DNA of 64,000 nucleotides from an uncultured Gemmatimonadales bacterium. GTDB taxonomy: Bacteria > Gemmatimonadota > Gemmatimonadetes > Longimicrobiales > RSA9. The stretch covers positions 1 to 64,000 of the forward strand of contig CAWAMW010000015.1 in NCBI GenBank assembly GCA_963783305.1, written 5' to 3'. This document shows, piece after piece, positions 1 to 10,414 of the stretch. The position numbers were made by a program, and so were the translations under genes. Below the pieces are notes generated by a model. The model did not search any database, was not told where the DNA came from, and worked only from the letters and a program-made list of their open reading frames with translations. The number at the start of each line of letters is the position of its first letter. Within the stretch, counting starts at the first letter, position 1.

Positions 1-227
1 AGACGAATCGCCTTCCTTCTCCGGCGCAGTCAGAACGAACTCGTGCTGCTCATTCGGAGACCCTCCTTCGAACCGCCCGTTTACGACCACGGTGTCGCCG
101 CGGGACACGACTCGTCTGCTTCAGCCGCCGGCAGCTCCAGATCTAACTGCTGTACGTATTCTTGCACCGAACTACAACCTGTGGCACTCACGAACCCTAG
201 CGCCAACACAGCCATCCGACTTTTCAT
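1..227 (-). CDS. Putative lipoprotein, runs off the window edge
   Basis: Read by hand (not in the ORF track). ATG at 227 with AAGGAG upstream; MKSRMAVLALGFVSATGC signal/lipobox; open to base 1. Confidence 0.7.
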
Positions 228-500
228 TTCGTTCTCCTTTCAGTTCTCAACACCCCGTCACTCTTTTGGCAGCTGAGTGCGTCATCGGAACACCTTCGGC
301 TCCGAAACAACAACTCGAGTCGAGCGCCGTCACGAGGAGGGGAACGTTTAACCGCAGCATTCAAAAACGTTATCGGACAGGGTGTGAGGCTGAACGCGAC
401 CTCGCAATAGGATTTGGAGAATGCCAGTACTTTTCCTCCAATCCCCGACAGCCGCAGTGGGGGAATCCCGCACGTCGTCGGTCGTCTCAGGGCCACGGAA

Positions 501-1469
501 TCACGGTTCTGTGGCCGGCCCCCGGTGCCCCACATTGTATGGACGTGTCTTCGGCTCCGGGACGTCCGGCCATCCTAATAATGGGTGCACCGCTGTCTCA
601 CCGGACCCGAAGCAGCATCCAGTCATCTCCTTTTCCCGAGGAAATACGCTAATGTGCCCGTGGAGGATCTCGTCGCGACGCACCAGGGCGGCCACGGCCA
701 CGTCTCCACTCCCGCTGACCTTGAGCCGTCCATTCTCCGCCGCCCACGTCGGCGATCCTGCCATGGCCTCGGCGGCATAAGCGTCAGGGCTGGCCGAGCT
801 GAATTCGTCGGACGCCGTCCCAATCGCCGCTCTCGTCGCCGGAGCTGTTCGACTGCACGTCATAAGCCGGTAGCTCCACGTCATAAGCCGGTAGCTCTTG
901 ATTAGGTTCCTTCGGCGAATCCGTAGGACGTGCGGCTGTCGACTCATCCCGAGAGAACTCTTCCCGCAAGCTCTCGAGAGACCCTTTCATCAGCGTTGCC
1001 ATGCACTCATTCCCAGCGCTCCCACCATGGAAGCACTGGAGCTGCCTGACTGCTTCGTTGCTCTCCCACATCAGACTGCGGCTCTCTCTACCTCTTTCCG
1101 TATAGGTAGAGTCGAAGGCTGGCGATCCCCACTCGTCGACGTACCGGCTGACGATCTGGTCGAGCGGAATCTGGCTCCAATCGGCTCCGAGAGGCTCCAC
1201 AATCCCGAACAAACTCCCGCTTCGAAACAACAACGCTACTTGGCTGCCCTCCCAATGTACCACGCATTCCGAGTCGTCATCGTCGGTGGGCCGGCACTCG
1301 AGGGAATCACCAACTCCTTCCACTGCGGAGCGCACTTCCGGGAGCATCGTGCCAAGCTCGAACCCAGCCAACGGATTCTGGGCTGCACGTCGCCGCCGTT
1401 TGCGGCTCCACATGCAGAAAGGCAAAGCCCGGCGGCGCCGGCGAGTGCAATCGTTATCCAATGTTTCAT
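501..1469 (-). pseudogene. Frameshifted lipoprotein gene (pseudogene or assembly indels)
   Basis: ATG at 1469 with AAAGGAAG upstream gives MKHWITIALAGAAGLCLSAC. Protein-like sequence continues in the 784..1494 frame after ~1380 and probably in the 501..947 frame after ~810. The 3' end is uncertain. Confidence 0.5.
856..897. repeat. 21-bp perfect tandem duplication (encodes ELPAYDV x2 on the minus strand)
   Basis: cacgtcataagccggtagctc at 856-876 and 877-897. Confidence 0.9.
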
Positions 1470-2466
1470 GCTGTCTTCCTTTCCAAGTGGGCATCGGTTT
1501 GTGTAGCGGCCAGCCGTCCCGCGGAGCCGGACGTCCATCGAGCTCTCGGATCCCGGACCAGCGCCAAATTCGGCTGGGCTCAGGGCGGAGTCCCGCACCG
1601 GGGACCCTTCAGCAGATGCGTGCCTGGAGGTCCTCGGCCAGAACCGGCAGCTCGATTTCGACCGCATCTCGGATCCACAGGACCAGTGGGTCGGTTATTT
1701 CATCCTCAGGTTGATTTTGTAGCGCCCCTCCGCTCCCACATGCCGTAATCTCAGCACGTATTCTCCGTGATCGGTTCGCCGGAACGTGGGTGAAACGACC
1801 GGGTCCTTCGCTCCCATTGACCAGGTGACGGTTTCGGCTGGAATAGCATCGCTTCTTCCTCAGCGGATACGGGGGCCAGATACCGGTGCGGAGCCGGTTG
1901 ATTCAGATAAGCAGGTTCGGGTCGGGTGCGGGGCTTCCCCACCGCGGAAATGTTCGATCCGATTCTTTCTTCTGCAAGTCGGAAATCGTCCGCTAGAACG
2001 TAGGGGGAATTCCCGACCATTACTGAATCCGCCCTTCTGGCCGCCTCCGGTGATCGCCTTGGCTCCACGGCGACGCCGTGGCCCGTTCGATCGTGCCGCA
2101 TGAGCGCTTTCCCGCCGGCAGGCATCGGCCTAGACAACAACATGTGAACCGAAACCGGAGGGCCGAATGCGATGGATCGAGCAGGTGGTCAAGAGGTGCA
2201 TGAGCCAGGTTGGAATTGGTTGCTACGAAGGCGGCAACGCCGCGGGATGCGGCGCATGCTGAACGCCCTAGACCGTGCGACGGGAGGTGAGTCATGAGGG
2301 ATCCAACAGTGAGGATTCAGCGACTGCTCAATGAGGCTGATCGTCGCGGACGCAGGAGGACCTGATGACCCAGGTCTACCGAGACACGCTCTGGATCATT
2401 GCCCACGACAACTGCTCCGGGTACACACCCGCAGCCCTGGCTCGGCTGGCGCTCCGCCTTCCGCGC

Positions 2467-2516
2467 TGTCAATGGCGATCGAAAATGTCCCAGAAATGGC
2501 GATCGAAAATGTCCCA
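2467..2516. repeat. IS21 terminal repeat (istB end) with two direct 22-bp transposase-binding repeats
   Basis: aatggcgatcgaaaatgtccca at 2471-2492 and 2495-2516. Confidence 0.9.
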
Positions 2517-2579
2517 TCCCGGTGGGGGACGAGCCCTCAGGTCGTCGATCCTTCCTGACGAGAGCGCCTGTTCTGTTTA

Positions 2580-3368
2580 GGTGAGAGATCTCTTCCTGAG
2601 CGGGGGTGTGAAGAGCCTGCCAGAGTTCGGAGTGTTCCGGATCGAAGCTGTTGCCCCGGATGTTGACGATGTGGCAGTGGTGCAGGAGCCGATCGATCAG
2701 CGCCGCCGCCATGACCTCATCGCCGAAGACCTCACCCCATTCCTCGAAGCTCTTGTTGCTGGTGAGCACGGTGGAGGCATGCTCGTAGCGCCGTGTCATG
2801 AGCTGGAAGAAGTGCATGGCTCCGGTTCGGGTGATGGGGAGGTAGCCGATCTCATCCACGACCAGGAGCGCAGGGTGGGTGAGGATCTTGAGCCGTTGCT
2901 GGAGCCGGCCTGCGGCTTCGGCCTCTTCAAGGGAGGTGATCAGGTCGGCCAGGGTCCCGTAGTAGACTCTCCGGCCGTATTCAGCCGCGGCGATCGCAAG
3001 GCTGATGGCGAGGTGCGTCTTCCCGACGCCCGGCGGGCCCAGCAAGATCACGTTCTCCTTCCGCTCGAGGAAGCCGAGCTCGTGAAGACTTCGATCTGCT
3101 CCCTCTTGACGGAAGGCTGAAAGGAGAAATCGAAATCGCTCAGGGTCTTCACCCCCGGTAGCCGGCTCGACCGCATAGCAGCCTGCAAGCGCCGGTTGTT
3201 GCGGAGTTCGATCTGGGCGCCGAGCGGGTTTCGATTGCTTCGCGGGCGTGACCTGGCCCCCATCCACCTCGCTAAGGATCGGATCGAGGGCCTCCAGCGA
3301 CCCCGGCATCTTCAGGTCCGCGAGCTGAGCCCGGATCCGGTCGCGCCGGGAGACGCGAGGGCCTTCAC
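2580..3368 (-). pseudogene. istB: IS21 helper AAA+ ATPase IstB, frameshifted (3' end approximate)
   Basis: KTLSDFDFSFQPS (3048..3263 frame); Walker A GPPGVGKT, Walker B LLVVDE, TSNKSFEEWG and ALIDRLLHH (2317..3393 frame); GTGA overlap with the istA stop. Confidence 0.9.
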
Positions 3369-4395
3369 CGAGCACCTCCAGCGATGGGGGCATACGTGGA
3401 GAGCGGCCGCCGCTCTACGTCGATCCTCGGCAGGAGCGCTCTCTCGGGTGGTCCAGCCTCCGCTCGATCGGGAGCACCAGCGACCGATAGGAGCGCTGCG
3501 CCAGCGGGAGGAGGTGACTCCGCTCCGTTCCGAATCGCACCACGGGACGCTCCTTCGTCGTGCCGTGGATCCGGACATTTGCGGTGTGGTCCAGCCACTG
3601 CTCGAGCCGCGCCTCCAGATCCGCATCACTCAGAAACTCCCGGCCGTAGAAGAAGTTGCCGCGGAGATAGCTGATCGGCCGCTCCACCTTTCCCTTGGTC
3701 TGGGCCCGGTACGGCCGGCAGGCCCGGGCCTGGAAGTCCCAGTGCGCCGCGAAGCGGAGGAACTCCTCGTTGTTCAGGAGCTCACCGCCGTCCATCCGTA
3801 GGTCCTCGGGATCACGTTCTTGAGTTGATCGAAGAGCAGCTCCCGCGGGACCCCGCCGAAGAAGCGGAAGGCGCCCTCCAGACCTTCGTACAGCGCCGCC
3901 GTGTTCTTGCGGGGGAAATAGCGCACCCAGAGGAGTCGCGAGTAGCCGAGGACCACCAGCAGGGCGTAGCGCTTTCCCCACGGAAACCTGAAGTCCGCGA
4001 AATCCACCTGCGCCTGCTTGGCCGGCGGCGTCTCGAAGCGGACCACCGGCTCTTCCGGTGGCCGCGGCCGGACCGCCGGACGTACACCTTCACCTGCGAA
4101 TAGCCGCCCTCGTAACCCGCGGCTTTCACCTCGTCGAAAAGCCGGACCGCCGAAAGCTCCGGGTACTGCTTGAGCCGCTCCCCGATGATGGCTTTGTACG
4201 GCTCGAGCTTCCCGGGACCGGCGGCCGCGGCGCGTAGCGTACCGGGTCCTCGTCCAGGTCCCGGTCCAGTTGGCCGCTCCGAATCCACCGGTAGATCGTG
4301 GTCCGGTCCACACCCAGCCGCTCCGCGATGGCGCTCTTCGTGAGCCCCTGCTCGAGGTAGTGTCGCAACAGCACACGCTGCTCCCTTCCGTGCAT
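3365..4395 (-). pseudogene. istA: IS21 DDE transposase IstA, four apparent frameshifts
   Basis: HTH (IAERLGVDRTTIYRW), KLEPYK, RFETPPAKQAQVDF, VLGYSR, FDQLK, RPYRAQTKGKVER and RIHGTT lie in successive frames. Confidence 0.9.
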
Positions 4396-4488
4396 GGCGC
4401 CTCCGCGGTGGTCGTGAAGACGCCAAAATGGGATCGGAGCCGCACATCGAGCGAGAGCCTCAGCGCGGCTCAGGGACGGTCAGCGAGT

Positions 4489-4537
4489 GTGGTATTTTCG
4501 GCCGCCACATCTGTGGAATTTTGGGCCGCCGCTAACA
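4489..4537. repeat. IS21 terminal repeat (istA end)
   Basis: Two related gtgg(t/a)attt...ggccgcc units ending in ...taaca. Confidence 0.85.
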
Positions 4538-4910
4538 GAAGCGGGAGAAAATGAAGCAGCGCATGCTCGACCAGCTCGAGCTGGCGTGCCCGGAGGAGGA
4601 GTCATGAGGCCCTCGAACGCGTAACCTGCAATCTTTCGCCGGCTGGAGCGACCGAGCCCCGACAACTCGGGGCACTACCGGCTGCTGACGCGCTTCTGGA
4701 CGCTCTCCAGGAACGCTGCCCGGACGTCGAAGAAGGCGCCATCGAGCGCTTTGCGTCGGCTCGTCCGCGTACGCCGTTCCGGGCCGGCATCCAGTCAACA
4801 CTGGCCGGACTGCTCCGGTTTCGGAAGAATCCTGTACCGGGCCGCTTCCTGGCCGCCGGGAGTGGTGGGCCATCAGCCGGACGGCTGGGACGCAGGTGAC
4901 GGGTTGCTGC

Positions 4911-5297
4911 TCACGGGTGAAAGCGGTGATTGTCTCGAAGCCGGACCCATGCGACGCCCCTGGGGTCCGCTGAGCCGGTGGTTTCGAGGAGCCGGAAGAG
5001 CCGTGCGCCGTGGATCCACCACTGGAAGGCGCCCCTCGCGCCGGGCGGAAAGGACCCCCGACCATGGCGAGCCTCGATCACCCCGTAGCCGCCGTCCAGC
5101 TCGAACCGCTCGAAGGGCATCGAGAACGAGAGCCGGTCCATGGGGAGCAGGACGCGGGCGGAGATCACGTCGGCGGGATCGTTCCGGTCGAAGTTCGACG
5201 GCGGGCCGAACGCCGTGTAGAGGACGTCGCCGGCCTGACCGGGCGTGGGCTGGGCAAGCGCCAGCCGAATCGCTTCGCTCGGGCTGAGAGGGCTCAT
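4911..5297 (-). CDS. Hypothetical protein
   Basis: 128-aa ORF with globular composition; no motif recognised. Confidence 0.45.
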   Translation of the reverse strand: MSPLSPSEAIRLALAQPTPGQAGDVLYTAFGPPSNFDRNDPADVISARVLLPMDRLSFSMPFERFELDGGYGVIEARHGRGSFPPGARGAFQWWIHGARLFRLLETTGSADPRGVAWVRLRDNHRFHP

Positions 5298-5516
5298 GTG
5301 CCCAGTCTAGACCCGGACGCCGGCGACGGGAAGAGCCCGGTCGGGTCTACGCCAAGAGCCTCCTGGCGCTGATCCCTGTAACGTGGCCGAATGTAAGGAT
5401 AAAGCAAGTTACTATTGTCTTACGTCATATTCAGGCCGTTGCCGGACAACGGCTTACCTGGGTTCGGCAGGAATATGAACCGATCTTCGGAGTGCCCTTC
5501 CGCACACCTGCCGCAC

Positions 5517-5562
5517 AAAAAAACCCCCCGAGGGCGCGTATGTCACGCTCCCCCAGGGGGTT
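5517..5562 (-). terminator. Intrinsic terminator downstream of tRNA-Gly
   Basis: Minus strand AACCCCCTGGGGGAGCGTGACATACGCGCCCTCGGGGGG followed by T7. Confidence 0.8.
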
Positions 5563-5570
5563 ACCTGCAG

Positions 5571-5644
5571 AGCGGGAGACGGGACTCGAACCCGCGACCC
5601 TCAGCTTGGAAGGCTGATGCTCTAGCCAACTGAGCTACTCCCGC
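5571..5644 (-). tRNA. tRNA-Gly(TCC), CCA not encoded
   Basis: GCGGGAG/CTCCCGC acceptor stem, TCAGC-CTTCCAA-GCTGA anticodon arm, GGTTCGAGTCC T-arm. Confidence 0.97.
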
Positions 5645-5915
5645 GTGGGTTGCAAGCTCGCACCGCGCCCGGTCCCGGTCAAGCGCGGGCGACGCGTGAT
5701 CCCACGTCCAGGAATCACCGGTCGGCGGACGCGATGGCGACGAGGCCAGGGATCAGGGTGACCCGGACCGGAGGCCGCGCCGTGGGATCGAGCTTCAGCG
5801 GCTTCAGGGCCGATCCGGGAAGCGCGCATTCAACTCGGCCGGCGCGAAGAGGATCTCAGATAGCGCCCCACCGTCGCCCCGTCGCCGGTCCGTGTCTTGC
5901 GCGACCGCTGGCGTC

Positions 5916-6491
5916 ATGGCGAGCGATACGGGCGGTCGAACGGACGGCGAGACGCTTCCGCCGGGGTGGGACTACAACCCGTCGGCGTGGAGCGAGCGGA
6001 TCCCCATCGTGGTGCTGGGGGTCGTGGCGATGCTCATCGCGTTCTACCTCTCGGCCTACCAGTTCGGGTGGGTGAGCTCCGTCTGGGACCCGGTGTTCGG
6101 GGATGGAACGGAGCGGGTGCTGGAATCGGGGCTGTCGCAGCTGTTCCCGGTGCCGGACGCGCTGCTGGGCTCGCTGGGCTACCTGATCGACTGGGTGTTC
6201 GGACTGGTGGGCGGGACGAAGCGGTACAAGACGCTGCCGTGGGCGGTGATCGTGCTGGGAATCGGCATCATCCCGTTCGGGCTCACCAGCATCTTCCTGG
6301 CGCTCTCCATGCCCGGGATCGTGGGGGCCGGCTGTTTCCTGTGCGGGGTGAACGCGGTGATCGCGGTGGTGATGATCCCGTACGCGTGGGACGAGATCTG
6401 GCTGTCGCTGATCGCAGTTCGGAGCATGATGCGGAACGGGGCGAGCTTCTGGGATGCCTTCACCGGTCGCGCGCACGAGCGGGCTTTCTGA
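5916..6491 (+). CDS. Vitamin K epoxide reductase (VKOR) family membrane protein
   Basis: PPGWDYNPS, WDPVFG, PDALLG motifs, multiple TM helices and a CFLC (CXXC) motif. Confidence 0.8.
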   Translation: MASDTGGRTDGETLPPGWDYNPSAWSERIPIVVLGVVAMLIAFYLSAYQFGWVSSVWDPVFGDGTERVLESGLSQLFPVPDALLGSLGYLIDWVFGLVGGTKRYKTLPWAVIVLGIGIIPFGLTSIFLALSMPGIVGAGCFLCGVNAVIAVVMIPYAWDEIWLSLIAVRSMMRNGASFWDAFTGRAHERAF

Positions 6492-6501
6492 GGGAGGGGA
6501 C

Positions 6502-6825
6502 ATGCAGCGGTTCTGGGCCATAGCGCCGCCGATGACGTGGGCGATTCTCGCGGCGGCGTCCATCCTCCTGCTGGTGGGCTTCACGCTCCTGAGCCATACG
6601 CTACTCCGGAGCAAGGCGTACGGCGATCGATATCGCGGCCTTCTGCATCGCGGACCCATGGAGTGGACCGTGCGCCTCGGGCTGGCGGCACTGGTGCTCG
6701 GTGGCGCGCTCACCGCGTACGCACTCTCGGCTCCGGTCTGGCTGACCCTGGGGGCCGCAGCGTTGGCCGTGACGTTGATCATCCTGCAGGGTGTGACCAT
6801 GACCCGGGGCGGCGCGGGGAGCTGA
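6502..6825 (+). CDS. Small membrane protein
   Basis: GGAGG RBS before ATG 6502; three hydrophobic segments. Confidence 0.7.
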   Translation: MQRFWAIAPPMTWAILAAASILLLVGFTLLSHTLLRSKAYGDRYRGLLHRGPMEWTVRLGLAALVLGGALTAYALSAPVWLTLGAAALAVTLIILQGVTMTRGGAGS

Positions 6826-6930
6826 GGCGGGGCCTCCGCTGGAGCCGCTGGGCCTGATCCAGGCGCGGGTCCCCCCCGCCCACTGTCTTGTTCCGTCCCA
6901 CCGCAACGTTATCTTACGGCCGCGCGTCTC

Positions 6931-7003
6931 GCTGACGTAGCTCAATTGGCAGAGCACCTGATTTGTAATCAGGCGGTTGGGGGTTCGAGTCCCCCCGTCA
7001 GCT
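6931..7003 (+). tRNA. tRNA-Thr(TGT), CCA not encoded
   Basis: GCTGACG/CGTCAGC acceptor stem, CCTGA-TTTGTAA-TCAGG anticodon arm, GGTTCGAGTCC T-arm. Confidence 0.97.
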
Positions 7004-7132
7004 TCGTCCCCACAGAACGAAACCTGGCGCGTCCAAGTCCCGCCGCAGGGGTCACCTCCAGACGCGGGTCCGTCGGACGTCGAGCGGTACATCCGCAGCA
7101 GCGCCTGCAGACCCTGAGACGAAAAGAGCAGA

Positions 7133-10100
7133 GTGATCCAGCCATCGTTCGCGCGTGCCCCACGCCTTTCCCCGTTCCTGATGATGGTCCTCCTCACGGC
7201 CCCCGCCGTGGCGACGGCGCAGGGCGTAAGCCGCGCGGGTCTGCGGGGTACGGTCACCGACGAGGAGGGGATGCCAAAGGTGCAGGCGGAGGTGATCGTG
7301 ATGCACGAGCCCACGGGGTTCCGCACATCCACGCTTACGAACACCGACGGCCGCTACCTGCTCACGGGGCTGAACGCCGGGGACGACTACGTGGTGCGGG
7401 TGGAGCTGCTCGGCTACGGCACCGTGGAGCGGACGGAGCTGACGCTGCGGGCCGGCGAGACGAGGGTGATGGACTTCGAGCTGACCACCGAGCCCATCGC
7501 GCTGGATGCGGTGAGGGTGCGGGCGGAAGCGGAAGATCCGCGGTTCTCGAGGTCGCATACGGGCGCGACCACGGTACTCACGGAGGACGTGATCCAGAAC
7601 CACCCCACCGTGGAGCGCAGCATCATCCAGATGGCGGAGATCTCCCCGGTGGTCTCCAAGACCGACAATGGCGGACTCTCCATATCCGGGCAGAACGCGC
7701 GCTACAACGCGGTGCTGATCGACGGCGCGCTGCACCAGGACGTGTTCGGGTCCCATGCGGGAGGGATCCCCGGTGGCGAGGCGCGGGCGCGGGCGCTGCC
7801 GATCGAAGCCGTGCAGGACTTCCAGGTGGAGGTGGCGCCGTTCGACGTGCGGAGCAGCGGCTTCACCGGTGGGGTCCTGAACGCGGTCACGAAGCGCGGC
7901 ACGAACGAATGGCACGGGTCCATCACGGGCGAGTTCCGGGACGAGACGTTCTTCGGCGACCTGGTCCTCGACGGGACGGATGTCACCCCGCTCACGTACC
8001 GCAAGCACGTGCTCGGCGGGACGCTGGGCGGCCCGATCATTCAGGACCGCCTCCATCTCTTTCTCGCCGCGGAGGTGGATGACCGGACGGAGCCGCCGCT
8101 CGGGTACTCGCTGGGCCCCGGGAACCCGCTGCACACGCGGCTCTCTCCCGACTCCGCCGATCGCGCGGTGGCAATCCTGGAAGACGTGTACGGCCTGGAC
8201 GCCGGCGATCCGGGACGGTACTCCCTCGGCAACCTGAGCGGGAACGCGTTCGCGCGCGTGGACTGGCAGATCAACAACGAGCACTCGTTCAGCTCCCACG
8301 TCAACCTGGTGCGGGCGTCGCGTGACATCTCGGCCAACCGCACGCCGCTGGGGGCGTACGAGCTGTCGTCGAGCGGGTACGAGGTGGCGAGCACGACCGT
8401 CGGGCTGAAAGCGCAGCTCAACTCCAAGGTGAGCCAGACGGTCCACAACGAGTTGATGGTCAACGCGCAGCGGACGCGGGACGAGCGGAACCCGAGGGGG
8501 CTGTTCCCGCAGGTGGACGTGGAGGTGCGGAGCGAGTTCGACGAGTACCTGCTCCAGCGGACGATCCGGTCGGGCGCCAACTACCTGTCGCAGCAGAGCG
8601 ACCTGGACCAGGACGTCCTTCAGATCACGGACGCGCTCTCCTGGGCTCGCGGGGACCTCACGACGACGTTCGGTGCGGGACTCGACCTGTTCCGATTCCG
8701 CCACGACTACCTGCCCGGGGCCCGCGGGTACTACCGCTTCAATTCGCTGGAGGACCTGGCGGCCAACCGGCCATCCCACTTCGAGATCCACCGGCTGAAT
8801 GATGGCGTGGGGAGCAGCGCGATCAATTTCTCCGTGGCACAGCCGAGTCTGCTGGTCCAGAACGAACACCAGTTCCCGGACGGGCTGATCCTCTATTACG
8901 GGATCCGCGCGGAGGTCCCGTACTTCCTGGACAAGCCGGCGTACAACGAGAAGATCGACCTGGCGTTCCAACGCCGAACCGACGAGCTGCCCTCGGGCGC
9001 GCTGCTGATCTCCCCGCGGCTGGGTGTCAACTGGCAGAGCGACCTGAAGTACATGACCCAGGTGCGAGGTGGCGGCGGCGTGTTCACGGGGCGCCTGCCG
9101 TACGTGTGGCTGTCGAACGCCTACGCGAACACCGGGCTCAGGAGCACCGTGTTCGCCTGCCGCGATTACTTCATCCCGAGCATGGACCCGTCCAACCCAC
9201 CGCTCGAGTGCCTGGACGGCAGCACCCTCGAGGAGGATGGGTTCGCGAACGCGCTGGTGTTCAGCCCCGACTTCCGGTACCCGCGGGAGCTGAAGGTATC
9301 GCTGGCCATCGACCAGCAGCTTCCCCTGGGGCTCACGGCCTCGGCCGAGGTACTCCTCGTCCAGACCATGGCTCAGGTGATCGTGCAGGACCTGAACCTC
9401 ACGTCCGAGGCGCCCAAGGATGATGACTACGCCAAGATCTTCGGACGAAGGCGTCAGTTCGGCGACCCGGTGGCCCCCACGGGCTACTACCAGCGGTCCC
9501 TGCTCGAGGGCTACGGCCACGTCCTGGAGATGGACAACGAGAACAGCAGCGGCTTCGCTCACGCCATCACCCTCGGCCTCGAGCGGCGCTTCGGCGAGCA
9601 CGTCTGGATGAGCGGCTCCTATTCGTTCAACCACTCCGACGACGTGCAGAGCCTGCAGTCCGGGGACGCGCTGGTGAACTTCGCCTCCAACCCCACGGGC
9701 CGCGACCCGAACGAGCTCAGCCGGGCCCTGTCCGCGTTCAACCGACCGTGGAAGGCCGTGGGCACGCTGCGGGCGCAGCTGCCCGAGCGGTGGACCGGTG
9801 GGACCGAGCTGTCGCTGCTCTACATCGCAGAGGCCGGGAGCGCGTACTCCTATGTCTACGCCGATGACATCAACGGCGACGGCTATCCTGGTCCGGGCAT
9901 CCAGCAGGACGCCAGCAACGACCTGCTGTTCGTGCCCGAGTCCACGCTGGAGTACCCCGCCCAGTTCGGCACGCTCATCCTCTTCGAGCAGCTCATCAAC
10001 ATGGAGCCGTGCCTGAGCGACGCGCGCGGGCAGATCGTGCGGCGGAACGCGTGCCGCGCCCCGAGCTCACACCGCCTGGACATGAAGGTAACGCAGCCGG

Positions 10101-10399
10101 TGACGCTCGGGAGCTACCGCCTGGAGCTCACGGGGAGCATGCTGAACGTGCTCAACCTGCTGAATGACGAGTGGGGTCGCGTGGTCCACGTGCCGCCCCT
10201 CGTACCCGTGCTCGAGCTGGCCCAGCGGCAGACGCGTCCCGTCGACATCATCATCCCGGACTCCCGTCCGGGGCTCCGCTATGTGGGTCCCGTGGTCCGC
10301 GACGAAGAGGGGGGCCGGGCCCGCGCGGGGCTGCCGCACACGTACCTGGTGCCCGAGTCGCAGTGGCAGGCGCAGGTGGGGATCAGGCTCTCGTTCTGA
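7133..10399 (+). CDS. TonB-dependent receptor, Oar-like, with N-terminal carboxypeptidase-regulatory-like domain
   Basis: Signal peptide; LRGTVTD...TNTDGRY domain; plug APFDVRSSGFTGGVLNAVTKRGTN; ends QVGIRLSF (terminal Phe). Confidence 0.92.
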   Translation: MIQPSFARAPRLSPFLMMVLLTAPAVATAQGVSRAGLRGTVTDEEGMPKVQAEVIVMHEPTGFRTSTLTNTDGRYLLTGLNAGDDYVVRVELLGYGTVERTELTLRAGETRVMDFELTTEPIALDAVRVRAEAEDPRFSRSHTGATTVLTEDVIQNHPTVERSIIQMAEISPVVSKTDNGGLSISGQNARYNAVLIDGALHQDVFGSHAGGIPGGEARARALPIEAVQDFQVEVAPFDVRSSGFTGGVLNAVTKRGTNEWHGSITGEFRDETFFGDLVLDGTDVTPLTYRKHVLGGTLGGPIIQDRLHLFLAAEVDDRTEPPLGYSLGPGNPLHTRLSPDSADRAVAILEDVYGLDAGDPGRYSLGNLSGNAFARVDWQINNEHSFSSHVNLVRASRDISANRTPLGAYELSSSGYEVASTTVGLKAQLNSKVSQTVHNELMVNAQRTRDERNPRGLFPQVDVEVRSEFDEYLLQRTIRSGANYLSQQSDLDQDVLQITDALSWARGDLTTTFGAGLDLFRFRHDYLPGARGYYRFNSLEDLAANRPSHFEIHRLNDGVGSSAINFSVAQPSLLVQNEHQFPDGLILYYGIRAEVPYFLDKPAYNEKIDLAFQRRTDELPSGALLISPRLGVNWQSDLKYMTQVRGGGGVFTGRLPYVWLSNAYANTGLRSTVFACRDYFIPSMDPSNPPLECLDGSTLEEDGFANALVFSPDFRYPRELKVSLAIDQQLPLGLTASAEVLLVQTMAQVIVQDLNLTSEAPKDDDYAKIFGRRRQFGDPVAPTGYYQRSLLEGYGHVLEMDNENSSGFAHAITLGLERRFGEHVWMSGSYSFNHSDDVQSLQSGDALVNFASNPTGRDPNELSRALSAFNRPWKAVGTLRAQLPERWTGGTELSLLYIAEAGSAYSYVYADDINGDGYPGPGIQQDASNDLLFVPESTLEYPAQFGTLILFEQLINMEPCLSDARGQIVRRNACRAPSSHRLDMKVTQPVTLGSYRLELTGSMLNVLNLLNDEWGRVVHVPPLVPVLELAQRQTRPVDIIIPDSRPGLRYVGPVVRDEEGGRARAGLPHTYLVPESQWQAQVGIRLSF

Positions 10400-10414
10400 A
10401 GCGGTGAGCGCTGG

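Larger units (their letters stand above)
2467..4537 (-). mobile_element. IS21-family insertion sequence (istA-istB), frameshifted
   Basis: TG...CA ends; imperfect terminal IRs, each with two internal repeats (left tgtcaatggcgatcgaaaatgtcccagaaatggcgatcgaaaatgtccca; right, reverse complement, tgttagcggcggcccaaaattccacagatgtggcggccgaaaataccac); istA and istB fragments inside. Confidence 0.92.

Noticed and set aside
2471..2516. Direct repeats as a possible CRISPR array
   Set aside because: Only two units separated by 2 bp; they are IS21 end repeats, and no cas genes are present.
3365..4395. Programmed frameshifting in istA
   Set aside because: Too many shifts, with no slippery sites evident; error or decay is the simpler explanation.
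7052..9634. 860-aa minus-strand ORF
   Set aside because: Antisense shadow of the TonB-dependent receptor; typical of high-GC DNA and has no motifs.
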